From positions 1,116,001 through 1,180,000 of the forward strand of contig NW_026515669.1 in assembly GCF_025526975.1 (NCBI RefSeq): a DNA stretch of 64,000 nucleotides, written 5' to 3'. Under the pieces are notes generated by a model. It did no database searches. It had not been told where the DNA came from and worked only from the letters and a program-made list of their open reading frames with translations. The DNA comes from Fimicolochytrium jonesii. Its lineage: Eukaryota. This document shows positions 27,400 to 40,595 of this stretch, in pieces (positions within the stretch are counted from its first letter, which is position 1; each line of letters begins with the position of its first letter). Position numbers and translations under genes: made by a program.

Positions 27400-28223
27400 G
27401 ATGTTTGTACAAGAATACTTGTTCCGTTTGCGACATCTTACGCACCTATTTGAGGGCCTGCAATTGGCAATAACCTTTGCTATAGCGATCTGTCTGATGC
27501 GATTGGGTTGTTCGAGACCTGCAGTGCAGATGTTGAACAACCTAATCGCATCAAATCCGCTTCTCCCGATCCGAGCTATGGTCCTGTGGTGGTCAGAGGC
27601 GAGAACGGACCCCTGCTCCAAATGGATATGAGGGCAACAGGGTCCTAATTGTCGGTTGTGTGCGAGGAAAGGACAAAAGTTATATTGAGTACACAACCGA
27701 GGGCAGTCCCTCCATCTTATCGGTCTTGGGGCGTGGGAGGCTCCGACAAGAGGTGCGAAACAGCTATGTGCATATCACGGCAGGCACTATTCTGAAAGAC
27801 GGTCCGTGTCAGTCTGGTCCTCCTTGAGACCAATGATTTCGGACACGATGGGAGCGCGTCGGATGTCCGCCTTCTTCTCTTTCTCCTTTCGCCAACGGCC
27901 TCCGGTGCGACAGACTTACGGCCGTGCCAGCATTGGGCTTGTGTACCCTGGTCCTATCCATTCTCTACATAGTCCTCTACACGGCTTCCAGCTGAGTGAC
28001 GTCTACTCAACGGAGGTCCGAATATCACTCGTTAATACAACTTTCGCCAATATCAACTAAGGAGTCGCGTACGAGATCTTACCGCTGTTCACCGTGATTG
28101 CAGCTGCTGTTCACATCGACCTTTGGAATCTTCAGATCGCCCTTGGTTGTGCAGCATCGAATTGACCGTAGGACACCGGCAGCATCGAGAGCACTATCGG
28201 CCAGACTCGGAGTTTGCAACCTA

Positions 28224-31200
28224 ATGACGCCTAAATCTCGGACCCCTCGCGCGGGCTCGCTCACGCCGCGCCCTCATAGAATCACCGCCATCCCTCTGTA
28301 CCCATCAGCAGACGCGGAACCAGGGGAGGCAGGCCCGAGCAAGCCACTTTTCTCGTTTGCACTGCCGGAGCCAAGCGCGTTCGAATCACCAGTGCCGCCC
28401 AAATGCCGTATGACGCTGTTGGCACAGGCGGTCGCGAACAACACGAAGGCGGCCATGGCTACTGCGGCGGCAGCTCCCTTGCGTGATGCTATGGACATGA
28501 CGGATGGAGCAGCGAATGTTGATTTGGTGGCTCCAGCCGCCGAGCCTTTGGCCGCAGATCGGGCCGGCAACACGGATGCACCTTCTGGGGCCCATGACGA
28601 TAGAAACGAGCAGATCGATATGGAGGGAGAGGACGAATCGAAGCGCCAGGCGGAACGCGATCCCCAATACGAGTTCAACGCCCCTCAGTTTTTTGATTTT
28701 CATGACTTTAAAGACAATGCTAGTGAGACAGGCGCAGACACTTGGTTTGGTGAGTTCTTCGCGATCTTGGTTTTAAAACACATCGACGCATGACCCCGGA
28801 TGTTCTCAACATGTGATTCATACAATTCTTAGACTCGCGGACTCTTTCACCAACAAGCACCATGCATTTTGGAGATGGGGACAGAGACGATTTTGATGAC
28901 GATGAGGATGAAGAGTACTTTGCCGTACACGATGTTGCGACGCCGAAAGCCAGTCAATTGAATGCATATTTCCGAATGCCGAGTGCCCGGAAAGAGTCGC
29001 ACGTGCCACAAGTGTAAGAGTGATGTTTTTGCTTCATCAAACCAAAGAGTAGCTCGCTGTCAATGCTAACGGGCCCACGCGTCGGAATTCTCGTCACAAA
29101 ACAGACCATCTGAACTCCGACCCGTATCTGAATCTGCCGACGAACCTGCGCCGTCCGGAAAGACAGATCCTAACCCAATCCCCTTCAAAGCTAAAGCAAA
29201 AAAGCCCCAATCGACATTCGAAATGAACCTAGCAAAAGCAAAGGCAAAAGCCAGAGCATCAATGACTACGACAAATACATCACTTGCCAACGTCTCCGCG
29301 GCCGCAGGCCCTCAGCGAGCGCCACGACCGAGCGTTCCCACGTCATTTCGCGCACAGGCGCGAGCGCACTCCATCAGTGGCCATGGGCCGGAAAAAAATG
29401 CGTTGGCGCAACAGAAAGGACCGAGACCGCTGACGATCCCGAAGGAGTTTACTTTTGTGGCGAGGTTGAAGGCGAAGCAGAGCACATTGGGGATGAGGTC
29501 GCCTGGTGGAATACAGGTGCGTGCGGCTTACTTTCAGGGAAATTTCATATGTGGAAGCAGTCTAACACGCGGACCACAACGCAGAAAAAGAAAACATCCA
29601 AAATCAATGGCCTGACCATCCCCAGGCCCTTCAGACTGCACACGACCAACTTCCGGTCTACTCTCCAGAGCATGGGCAACGACTTGACGAATGCGCCTAA
29701 ATCACCGTTTGTGCCGCTGGCGGTTCGCATTAAAACGTTTGAGAACCAGGTGCCGGATCGCTTCAGGCCGACGGGTCCGAAGGGAAAGAAGGAGGAGAAG
29801 AAGAGAAGTGTTTCGCATAGTGGGGTGAGTTTTCAGTTTGGATTGAGTTGTGTGCGAGCTGGCGGATGGTGGAAAACGGGGATAACGCTGACATCCTGTT
29901 CTTCTTGTGTGCAGCCCATATCTCCATGGCGAGGTCGGATGCGGACGACCAGGCCGCAATCGCCTTTCCTGTTGACCAAGCTGAGGACGAAGAGTCATAC
30001 GTATGTTCTCGCGCACGAACGCCTTCCAGCTTTGAGAATGGAACCCCCCGTGACGGAATATCTGTTCTTTGCCCACAGCGTGCCCAGTCGAGAAGAACAA
30101 GAACTAGCTGAGCTCGCCAAATTCCAACCATTCAAAGCCAAACCCGCCGACCCTCACATCCTCCACGCCGACCGACCCCTAGGCGTGCCCACAGTCCCTC
30201 GCCCACTCCCGACCGTTCCCGAATCTCCCGCCATCAGCAAACCCCGCGCGCCTCAACCGCGTCCTCCATCGCCTCCGCGCATCATCGCCGCTCGCCCAGT
30301 CCCTAAAACGATCTATGAGAAACCGTTCGAGCCGCAGATTCAGCATAGGGTCATTGAACCGTCGAGCTTTGAGTTGCCGGGGGATGAGATTAGTCGACGC
30401 AAGAAGATGGAGTTTGAGGCGAGACAGAGGGAGGAGGAGATGAGGATGAGGGAGACAAAGGAGTTTAGAGCTCAGCCATTGCCGGTTGATGATATACCCA
30501 TGGTAAGTTGCGTGGCAAGAAGAGCAGCGGCTGCGCAAGGAGGTAATTACATGAGGAGGGTTCTCACAAGCTTCTCTTCTCCCATTTTAGCGAGGAGCCG
30601 CCTACGTTCCACCCAAACCACCTACCGAACCCGCCCCATTCAACCTCGAAACCGAGTTCCGCGGCGCATTCGCCCGCATGACCCTCGAAGAGCGACAAGA
30701 AAAGCAACGCGAGGAAGAAGCCAAGCGGCGACAATTCAAAGCCCAGCCTTTACCGTTCTCCATCGACCACCCCTTCTTCCCGCAGCCGTCCAACAAACCG
30801 CTGACGAATGTCGAGGATGTGGTTTTGTCGACTGAGGAACGGGCTGAGGAAAGGAAGGCGTTTGATGAGGAGAGGAGGATAAGGGAGGCGGCTGAGGAGG
30901 AGATGCGGAGGAGGGCGGCGAAGGAGCAGGAGGTAAGGCGTTTGGATTGGCGTGGGAGGGAAATACAGGCTGCATGTGCCTCACGACCTCACACCTGACA
31001 TCTCATTCCATTTCTACCATAGGAACGCGAAAAGCTCGAGATCGCCCAAGACCGCGCTCAACGCGTGCACAAAGCGCAACCGCCCCAATACGACCGCATC
31101 AAACCGCTCCTCATCAAACCCTCCGACCGCAAGCTCACAGACCCGCACTCGCCCTTCATCGGCGCCAAGCGCAAAAAGGCCTCCGCGGACATCAAAGTCG

Positions 31201-31379
31201 AGCGCGACCCCGCCGTCTTGGGCGCAGCGGATAATGAGTTTGATGGCGAGTATTATACGTATCATGGTGGTGGGGGCAGTCTGTTGCAGCAGAGGCTTTA
31301 TGAGGTTGCGGAACGGTTGGAAAGGGGGGAGAGTGTTAGTGAGGATGAGGGGGACGATGCGGACGATGAGCGGACGTGA
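28224..31379 (+). CDS. TPX2: TPX2-like spindle assembly factor, multi-exon
   Basis: Aurora-A-binding-like YEFNAPQFFDF...ADTWF; repeated LTIPKEF/LTIPRPFRL/TRPQSPFLLTKLR and FKAKP/FRAQPLP/FKAQPLP motifs; C-terminal VHKAQP...LTDPHSP. Confidence 0.85.
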
Positions 31380-32339
31380 ATGGGTGATATGGAGGGGGTG
31401 GGAAACGCTGCGTAGATGCAGCAAACTCGGTATCTGTTGTTTTGCCGGACGATGGGAACGTTATTAAAGGGGAGGGATCATTTTTTCTTGCGTTTATTGG
31501 TAGCGATATGATTTCCCGCTTTGGACCGTCGGACATGTCTTTCTTGATGTATGTATAACGGAGGGGAACAAGGGGTTTGGGATGACGAGCCCCCTTCTCG
31601 TCTTGGTAGTCTGAGGGTGTGAGTTGCACTGAGCGTACGATAATAACTTGAGCAAATGAAACATAGAAATTCGCTTGAACGTTACATGGATGGGCTTCGA
31701 TCTCGAGGGGGGTGGTCGAAAAAACGTAGGATTTTGGATAGCGATTTCGTTGACGTGGAAAATCGACAGCGTGATTCAGACCTGTCAGTGGACCTCCTTC
31801 GCAGCGCATGTTCCCCGGTTCAGACGCCAAACTTCCACTGCAGAGAGGAAGCCCACGTGGGAAACAACGAGATCCCAGCGTTTTTTGTGATATTCATCCT
31901 GTGGTACATATATCCCCTCTTAGCTTTCGGTTCTCTCCTGTTGCCCCTTTCAGGTCCTCGTCGGTTCAAAAACCTGACGTGCCAATACTTCCGCCCCTGT
32001 CGCTCCTCACACCAGAAACAAGGCCACACACAATGAACCTACAGACTCTCATACCAGCCACGACCGTCTTCAGAAGCGGCACAAATACCCGCAACGATAA
32101 CGGTGCTGCAGCTGGCCCTTCAAGCTCTAACGGCGGTGCCGGCGAGCAAGGACCGGTTGTTCCTCGCCATGTGGACGGCACGCCTGCGCATGAGTGGCAG
32201 ATCAGTTGTTGGACTGATACATCTACTCGTAAGCATACCAGCATCTCTACTCTGTCAATAAGCATCCGTTTCTTGCGAGCGACCGGGAACTGTCCTGAAG
32301 ATCTCCCTGCTTTTCTATTTTCGGCTGACGTACAGTTGC

Positions 32340-33785
32340 TTATGCCTTCCTGACGGCGACCTTGGTCTTGGGGGCTACCTTCTTAAGCGCGGCTTTCTTG
32401 GTGACCGCTTTTTTGGGGGCAGCCTTCTTAGTGACCGTTTTCTTCTTGGTCGCAGTGGCCTTCTTAGTCGTCGCTTTCTTCGCGGTGGGCTTTTTCTTGG
32501 TCGCAGTACTCTTCTTCGTAGCTGCCTTCTTCTTCGTCTTGGGCTTGAGCAGCTTCTTCGCGGTCCTCGCCTTTTTCTTCAATCGCAACGTAGGCTTCTT
32601 CTTCTTGATAACCTTCTTCTTCCTGCGCCCGACGGGCTTCTTGACGGCGTCTTTCGCAATCCTCTTGACCTCCTTGACGATCACGTCTTTTCCGGAGGTG
32701 CGATTATATTCGTCGCGTTCGGCTCGGTACTCCTTCAGCGCCTTCCGGTAGTCAGCTTCGAGTTTCTATTGTTTGACAGCGTGCTGCGGTTAGTCTCGGA
32801 AAGAAAGTGAATCCTGGCACAGTTATGGTCGGCTCACCCCCTTTTGTTCATCGGACAACTTGCTAAAAGCGGTCTTGAGGAGCTGGTTGGCCTCGGGCAA
32901 CGAAAGATTGGCTAGGGAAGTTCCGAGAATCTCGCGCTGACGATCGGCCGTCAGAGCATGAGCCTGTTTTGTAAACAGGAACCACGGGTTCAGCGGCAGC
33001 TTGGGGGCGTCAATGTCTCTCAGCGGCTTCTTGACATAGGCGTCGGGATTCAGTTTCTTTTGCAAAAGGAATCTCTTCTCCTCGAGCACGATATCCGAAG
33101 CAGTGCGATTGGCAAGGTATTCTTTGACATCCCTATCGTACTGCTTTTTGTTTTCTGCGGCTCGACGCTCGTACGGCTGCAATTGTCAATTTGGCAAACG
33201 AAACGAGGCTTAGCATGAGCGAAGTGACAGAATCCACCAGCAGCCCCGCCAGTCGTTGTCGGTTCTAGCTTTAGACCGTTTATACATACCTCCTTTTCGC
33301 TCTGACTCAGAGCTCTCCATCGTTCACCGGCGAGGCGACCTAGTTCACCGATTCTGGCGCGGCTGTCCAAATGGGCCAAGGTTGGATAGAGCTCGTCCTT
33401 AAGCTCCAAAGCGAAGATCAGGTACGAGGAGTGAGCTTTCTTGGGCGGAACGCTTGCGGGCTTCCCGATAGCTCTCAGCTGCTTGCGGATATCTTTCTTC
33501 GCTTGCTCCGCTGTCGAAAGAAAGGTAAGTGAAGGCACTCCTTAGAGATCAAACAGGCAAGCAAAACGGTGACAGAGGGACAAGCGCTAGGCCTCAGTCT
33601 CATCCAATGTTATTGGAGCAGGTGTCGGCTTGCTAGGCCTGCCCACGACGAAGTTACTGACCTTTCGTGAGGGTCTGGGCTGGCACGAACGCCACTGGGG
33701 TCGCGTGCAGAGACCGTACCGCCGCTAGCCGCCAGATAGGCGCCGCTTTTGGGAGGGGGCCCCAGCGTTGCAAAAGGGTGAACAT
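32340..33785 (-). CDS. Mitochondrial-targeted two-HMG-box protein (Abf2/TFAM-like) with histone H1-like Lys/Ala/Thr tail, 4 exons
   Basis: Presequence MFTLLQRWG...RLAAVRSLHAT; HMG1 PKKAHSSYLIF...GERWRALSQSEKEPY; HMG2 PKLPLNPWFLF...AFSKLSDEQK; tail KKAATKKSTATKKKPTAKK... Confidence 0.8.
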
Positions 33786-35029
33786 TGCGTTGATAGCTTT
33801 GATATCTAAAAGGGCGAGAGGTCAAGAAATGCCCATTTTCTCGGCTGACCAAAAACGTCCTTTTCACAGCGGAATAGCAACTAGTGCGACATCACACCTC
33901 ACGATGATAGAGTACTTTATCAAGGAGGCCGGTGATGCGAACCTGACAGAGGTCACTCGGTATGTACGATACTTACTGTACGTCGAATGCTTGTTCCAAT
34001 GCTGGTTCGATGCGGTGGAACGAAAGGTGAAGGGGGCAGGAGGCCTTTCGGACACGACTTGTTAAGGGTGTTTCAAAAGTTCGACAGCTGCGTTTTCGCG
34101 AAAGGCGTGCACACTCCACAGGTTCTCTCCGCAATCGCTCCACACTGGACCGGGTATTGAACGACGGGCCGAGATGAAACGATCGTTCTCGACTGCCAAA
34201 CGTCCAAGGTTCACACACGTAAGACAAGGTCAGAAGCGCTCCACGCGTTGAGCTTAAGCTCAAAAGGACGGGAAAAAGAACACCTCTCTCCACCACCAGA
34301 CAAACTGCGCAACGGCCGAAAGCAGACCTCCTCCTACAGACATGATAGGCGAGAAGGATGCAGAGAAGACGGGATCCACACCACATACCGGTCGTTTTGA
34401 AGGGCTGCCGAGATTGATATTCTTGTCCCTCGAGCGTTCATCAGTATTGGCCAAAAATCTGGGTGGTCGTTGACTTTTGGGTTCCACAAACAGGGCGCAG
34501 AACCAGTCGTAACTGAGTCGTAACCAAGTTCAAGGAGATTACAGAGGCGCGTTTCCTGCCCTGGTGGGAAGAGGGATGGCTCCGACTCTCATCATACAGT
34601 ATGCATCGTCTGCCCCTCAATTTGTGCGAGGGATGGAAATTCTCCCCGGACCCACATAGTCATCTTGAGAGTCTCCGATCCACTTTTCATGTGCAGCATC
34701 TTCCTCTGAATTAAAGGGCTCAATTCATTTCCTATTGCGCTCCGAGGATGTCGAGAGCTCTCGAGTCCATATCGATCCCAAACTTCGCAGGCCGACGCGT
34801 GCATCAGGCATGACGTTTCCCGGGAGTGTCGGACGCGGAGTCTGCTTTCACGTCCAGGAACGGCGAGCAACTATACTATTTTGCGCCAAACGGTTTTAGA
34901 GGCGGAGCTACTTTCGCCTTTGCAAAGGAAGCGTGCATAGCCAGCAGGATAGCCTAACCCAGCAGCATATCACGCTGCAAATGCAGTTCTATCGAGCGGG
35001 CCCGTGTCCGAAAAAATAAAGTCCGAAAC

Positions 35030-35047
35030 CACGTGACGGGACACGTG
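35030..35047. promoter_or_regulatory. Tandem E-boxes (CACGTG x2) upstream of ERB1
   Basis: CACGTG at 35030-35035 (CACGTGAC) and at 35042-35047, about 250 nt upstream of the ERB1 ATG. The same CACGTGAC occurs at 3136 upstream of U2AF2. Confidence 0.3.
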
Positions 35048-35298
35048 TGGGCTTTAACCCGCACGCTCGCCTGCTTTTGCTGCACGCTCGCATTTGACCT
35101 CGAGCTCGATGTTGCGAGAAGTCCAGGGAATGCTGTGAACCCTCTACGTAGACGAACAGCTTGGAACAACAGCAGCCGTGTGTGACGGAGCTTATAACGC
35201 AGCTGCTTTCATTGGGTGTCTATCGAACCTGGTCTTCGTTTCTCGGCGTCACGCCTGTACCGTGCTCTCAGGACCCACCAAAAAACGTTTGAGCGAGA

Positions 35299-37983
35299 AT
35301 GAAGAGGAAGCACCAGTCGACGGTGGCTGCACCGAAGCAGCAGAGTGGCAGCAAGGTAGCGACCTTGGAAAAGGGAGCAGCGGTCTCGTCTCTGTTCAAG
35401 TCGGCGGAGGGCGGCAGTGCCGATGACGAGGACTACACTTTTGCTGACATTGTTGTTGACGACGACGACGAAAGCGAAGTTGGGGACAGCGATGATTCGG
35501 AAGCGGTAGAGGAGTTTGATCGCATCGAGAGCGCAAGTGAAGGCGAAGAGGAAGAAGTGGAAGAGGTTGTAGCGAAGAAGGCAACGCCGAAGAAGAAAGG
35601 CAAGGCTAGCGCGAGGAAAACACAAAGCGCGGGCAGTTCCGCTGGTGGGGACCACGAGGAGGATGAAGAAGTCACTGGAGCGAATGGTGCTTCGTCGGAC
35701 CAGAGCCCAGAAGACGAGGATGACGACGATCTTGACGAAGACTTTGATGAAGACTTCGACGAGGAGGACGATGAGGACAGTGAAGACTTCGACGAGGAGG
35801 ATCCGGACAACTGGCCGAGCTCGGACGAGGAGGAGGGGCTGGGGACTGATCGAAGTGTGCGGGTGCTGAGGAGGAAGAAGCCTTTCCCAGAAATCGACCC
35901 CATATATGACGCCGATGACTCCGACGAGGTGGGCATCATTTGGAGAGATTGAGGCAGTCGAAGGAACATTACCACTAACACCATGTTTCTTTGGCCCCTC
36001 AGGAAACTACTAACACGACGGGCAATGTTCCAAAAGAGTGGTACGATGAGTTTCCTCACGTTGGATACTCTATTGACGGCAAACCGATCATGCGGGGCGA
36101 GAAGGGAGATCAACTGGATAACTTCTTGAGTATCATGGACGATCCAAATGCGTGGAGATCCGCATACGATTCCATCGAAGACAAAAACGTTGTTTTGACG
36201 AAAGAGGAACTGGCTATCATCAAAAGGATTCAGTCTGGAGGTTTCCCAGATGCCGAGGAAGACCCTTACCAGCCAACGGTGGAATGGTTCTCAAGCCAGA
36301 CCATGCAAACCGCTCTTTCGGCTGCACCCGAGCCTAAGCGCCGATTTGTACCGTCCAAATGGGAGGCTCAGCGCATCATGCATATTGTGCGTGCCATCAG
36401 GCAAGGGCGGATCGTTCCTGGCAAGAAGCCTGACAACAAGCCCAGCCTTCAGGATCGCATGTACGACATCTGGGGTGATGCAATTGACCCCATTGAACGT
36501 GGTATCATGCATATCTCTGCGCCAAAGGCTTCTTTGCCGGAACACGACGAGTCATACAACCCGCCACAGGAGTACATTCCGACAGAGAAGGAGGCTGCTG
36601 AATGGCGCGCATTGGACGCTCCCGACCGCCCACGAAACTTCCTACCGCGCAAGCACGATAATCTACGAAGCGTTCCTGGCTATGACAGGTTTATCCAGGA
36701 GCGTTTCGACAGGTGTTTGGATCTCTACCTCTGCCCGCGTATTGTGAAGAAGAAGCTGAACATCGACCCGGACTCCCTCATCCCTAAACTCCCCAACCCC
36801 CGCGACCTGAAACCGTTCCCATCCCAGCTCGCCATCACCTTCAAGGGCCACAGTGCTCGTGTACGCCATTTCTCGATGGACCCATCCGGGCAATGGCTGG
36901 CATCCGCGTCCGATGATTCTTCTGTAAAGTTGTGGGAAATTGTGTCGGGTCGCTGTGTATCTACGTGGAAGTTCGATGAGCCGGTCTCGATGGTTGCATG
37001 GAATCCCAACAAATCTGTAGCGCTTCTCGCTGTGTCGGTGAAAACCGATGTCCATTTCGTTGTCCCTCCACTAATAGCGGCACCCGCTGAAGCTATCGAC
37101 GCAACGGAAGCCCTCGTCGCTCACCTGTGGACACTCCAAACACCGACAACAAACGCCGCTTGCAAATGGGTCAAGCCTGCCACCGCACCCGCAACCTCCA
37201 CGCCCACCAAACCCCGTATCCTCACCACCCTCTCCTTCACCCACAACGTGACGCATCTCACATGGCACCGCAAAGGAGACTACCTGGCCACCGTAGCCGC
37301 CGACGCCCGCTCCTCCGCCGTCCTCATCCACCAACTATCCAAAAAACAAACCCAAAACCCCTTCTCGGCCTCCAAACGCTCCGCCACCTCCAACACCCTC
37401 GTCCAACGCGTCGTCTTCCACCCCTCCAAACCCATCTTCCTCGTCGCCACCCAGCGCGCCGTCCGCGTCTACAACCTCGGCACCCAGAAACTCGTCACGA
37501 CGCTCATCCCATCAACGAAATGGATCTCCTCCCTCGCGGTGCACCCCGCGGGCGACAACGTGCTCGTTGGCACCTACGACAAGCGCGTGGCATGGTTTGA
37601 CCTGGACCTCTCGTCGAAACCGTACAAGCAGCTGAGGTACCACGCGAAGGCGGTGCGTGATGTGGCGTTTGCGAATAGGTATCCGCTGTTTGCGTCGGCG
37701 GCGGATGATGGGAATGTGAATGTGTTCCATGGGATGGTGTATGCGGACTTGATGATGAATCCGTTGATTGTGCCGGTGAAGACTTTGAAAGCGCATGATG
37801 TCGTTGATGGTCTTGGTACGTATCTGTGTTTGTCCCGCAATCTCGGTCGCATCTTCTGAATGTCTTGGAACGAATGGCTCACCCCTCTCGTCCCTTGCAG
37901 GTGTCCTCCACGTTGAATTCCACCCCACACAACCATGGCTTCTGTCCTCCGGTGCCGACGGCACGCTCAAGCTCTTCTCTTAA
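35299..37983 (+). CDS. ERB1: Ribosome biogenesis protein Erb1/BOP1; introns ~35929-36002 and ~37817-37900
   Basis: Acidic N-terminus; BOP1NT motifs NTTGNVPKEWYDEFPHVGY, EPKRRFVPSKWE, HDESYNPPQEY and ERFDRCLDLYLCPR; WD40 repeats ending FHPTQPWLLSSGADG. Confidence 0.97.
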
Positions 37984-38565
37984 ACGAGCGCCCATATGAG
38001 ACCCCGAACGTCGCTCCATCAGTTAACAGATCTCCTTGAATAGCAGCATCCCATCTGTTTAGCGAAGTAGCTAGATTGATAGCACACACCTCAATCCCGC
38101 GAGCATGTATACAGATTAGAGCAGTCACAACGGCGGTTCGTTGACGTTTTTGCGTACCACTTGCCATTTCACTTTGCATGTATCTATCTATCATTAATGG
38201 CGCTATTTTGAAGGGAAGCTTGGTGCCTTTGCACGGGGGGTTGTACGGAGGTAACTATGTACACAAAATGGGCATTGAGCTAGGCAGGGGGAAGCCCTAT
38301 GTACAAGTATTGAACTGGTGGCACCCACGTTCGCGTACTCGGCAATGGGTTTGCAGGCGTCGCCGAGGACGTCTGCACGGATCGCTTCAAGGAGCTAGCT
38401 ACCATTTCTCTTTGCAATGCACGGGACACAAGGGGAATGGTTCTGCCCCTTTGTCGTTGACATCGAATACGGAGCAGAGGGAGAAACGCCTTCATCGCCT
38501 GTCGTCGGCATTGCCGAACAAACAAACACAAATAGCTCAACCCTCGCCCTCTGTCGCCATCGCCC

Positions 38566-40078
38566 TCATGTCTCTTCATCCTCCTCCACCCGATCCTGCT
38601 GCACCTCCTTCGAATACATCCTCTTGCCCGACATTTCAAGTAGCGAGGATGCCACATCATCGTTGAGGATCGATTTCTTGGCAAGTTTCGGATCTATCAG
38701 GCGGTCGTCGACTTCTTTGGGTTTCACTAGGAATGCTTCGACTAAACGAGGCGAAGGGAAGGTTTTTTGAGTGGATGGCGCGTCGATAGCTAGCGTGAGA
38801 GCACATGTTAGTTACCGAAATCTATTTGGAACTCCTCTTTGGCGCTGAGCCGAGGGCTGTCGAAGGTGGAGGATCGTGGGGATGCTTTCGAATGTCCGTT
38901 TTCGAAAGTTGAGGAGATGTAGAGGCCGAAATAGTCCAGCTGGGTTTGCGAGGGATTCACGACCCGAATCAGCACAATGTGCTCCGCGCGACGGTTGCCA
39001 CAGCAATACATTTTCGCCTCACCTGCCCTCCAAACCCGATCCCATTCGGGAAAGTCGCCGCTCCCGTATTGTAGTACTGATAATTCGCATTATACCCCGC
39101 CGGCGAAAACACCCCAATCTGCGGGCGCAACGTAAACACAAAAGTCCGCGAGTCGCCCACAAACTTGGGCCGCGGCACAAGCTCCTCAGCCGCAAACGCT
39201 CCAAACACATTCTGGTCTTTATCCCTAATTACGAACAAGACCGACCCCTGTTCCTGCACTTTTCCTGCGAACACGGTCCAGCTTGCGCCGTCTGTTTGGG
39301 TGGAGAAGAGACACGGCCATGATTTGGCGCCTTTGAACTCGGAGGCTAGGGAGGTGCAGAGGATGAAGCGGTCTTCGATTGTTAGGAGGGTTGATGTGAG
39401 CGCTGGGAGGGTGGTGGGGAGGGTTCCGAGGAAGGCGAATTGGAAAAGGTTCGTCCATAGTTCCTGGAGCAGCGATGATTGTGGGAACCATTGTTGGAAG
39501 GATGAAAGCGGCGGGATTTCCGCGTTTCTCGTCGGGGTGTCTTCAGATGAGAATATAGCGTCGGCGGCGGACTTATCGGATTTTGGGGCGAGACTTCCCA
39601 GTAGGTAGGTGACGAATCGTTCGGTCGGAGAATACACCTTCCCGTCGGCCCCGGCTTTTCCATCCTTCGCAAAGAGCCCCACTCCAGCCGCAATGTCTTC
39701 CACCAATCCCTTGGTGGTGACACCTGGGTTCACTTCTGCATAGGTGTTGACGAAAGTTTGCTTCTCCGAGGCATCCCCCAATAACAAAATCCTGGCAGCA
39801 GTCGCCAACCCGGTCATGGTGACGATCCCTTTCGTAGCCGTGCCAGACCGTGCAACAGCGAACTCGGCGACTGCTTTCCGTAAGCGCTCCGGGATGCTTT
39901 GGGATATAGCTGAAGATACTGATGCACTCGGTGCTTGAGGACTTCCCTCGTTCGCGGCGGAGGCTGAAGCATTTCGCAGCAGAGATAGTAAAACTTCACG
40001 TTCGGCTTCTGAGGCCCACTTGAGCGCGGCGGTCGGCGAAGTGGCAGACCCTGAGTGAGAGCTTGCGCTTTGCCCCAT
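38566..40078 (-). CDS. TLDc-domain protein (Rtc5/MEAK7-like), predicted N-myristoylated, 3 exons
   Basis: MGQSASS start; TLDc motifs LFSTQTDGASW, VIRDKDQNVFGAF, FVFTLRP, GIGFGGQ|LDYFGL, SSTFDSPRLS; ends LLEMSGKRMYS. Confidence 0.85.
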
Positions 40079-40595
40079 TCTGCTGCTTACTATCGCACTT
40101 CAAAGTGGGTAGGGTAGATCTTCGAGGCCGGTTGGGGTGGATGGTTTCCGTTCGAGCGTCGCCAGCCAAGCGGATGACGTCTCAAAGGACCGCGTTGCAT
40201 GATCACGTAAGCACTCGACGGACGGCGTCGCTATCACGCGTCAATCTCCACGTCGCATCGTCGCTCGGATTGCTCCCCAGACACAGATGGCCGATTGCTG
40301 ACCATACGAAGGCAGATTGCCTTGATAGCTAGCCAAAGTCTTCGCATTCATTCTCTCCATGAGATAAAGAGATCCCATCCTCGTGAACCCAGCACTTTAG
40401 AGTTTCATGAAATGCGCTAACGCGAAACATGTATTCGATCGATGACACCGATACATATGTCCCCTGTTGCGTGATGTCTACATTGCCAGCGCCATCCTGC
40501 CGTCCGTCCCCGGCAATGATCTGTATTCTCGCCGACCCTATGGTCCGCGATGAGGCAGTAGGTAATTACAGTCGGGGCTATTCCACTTGAGGGGC

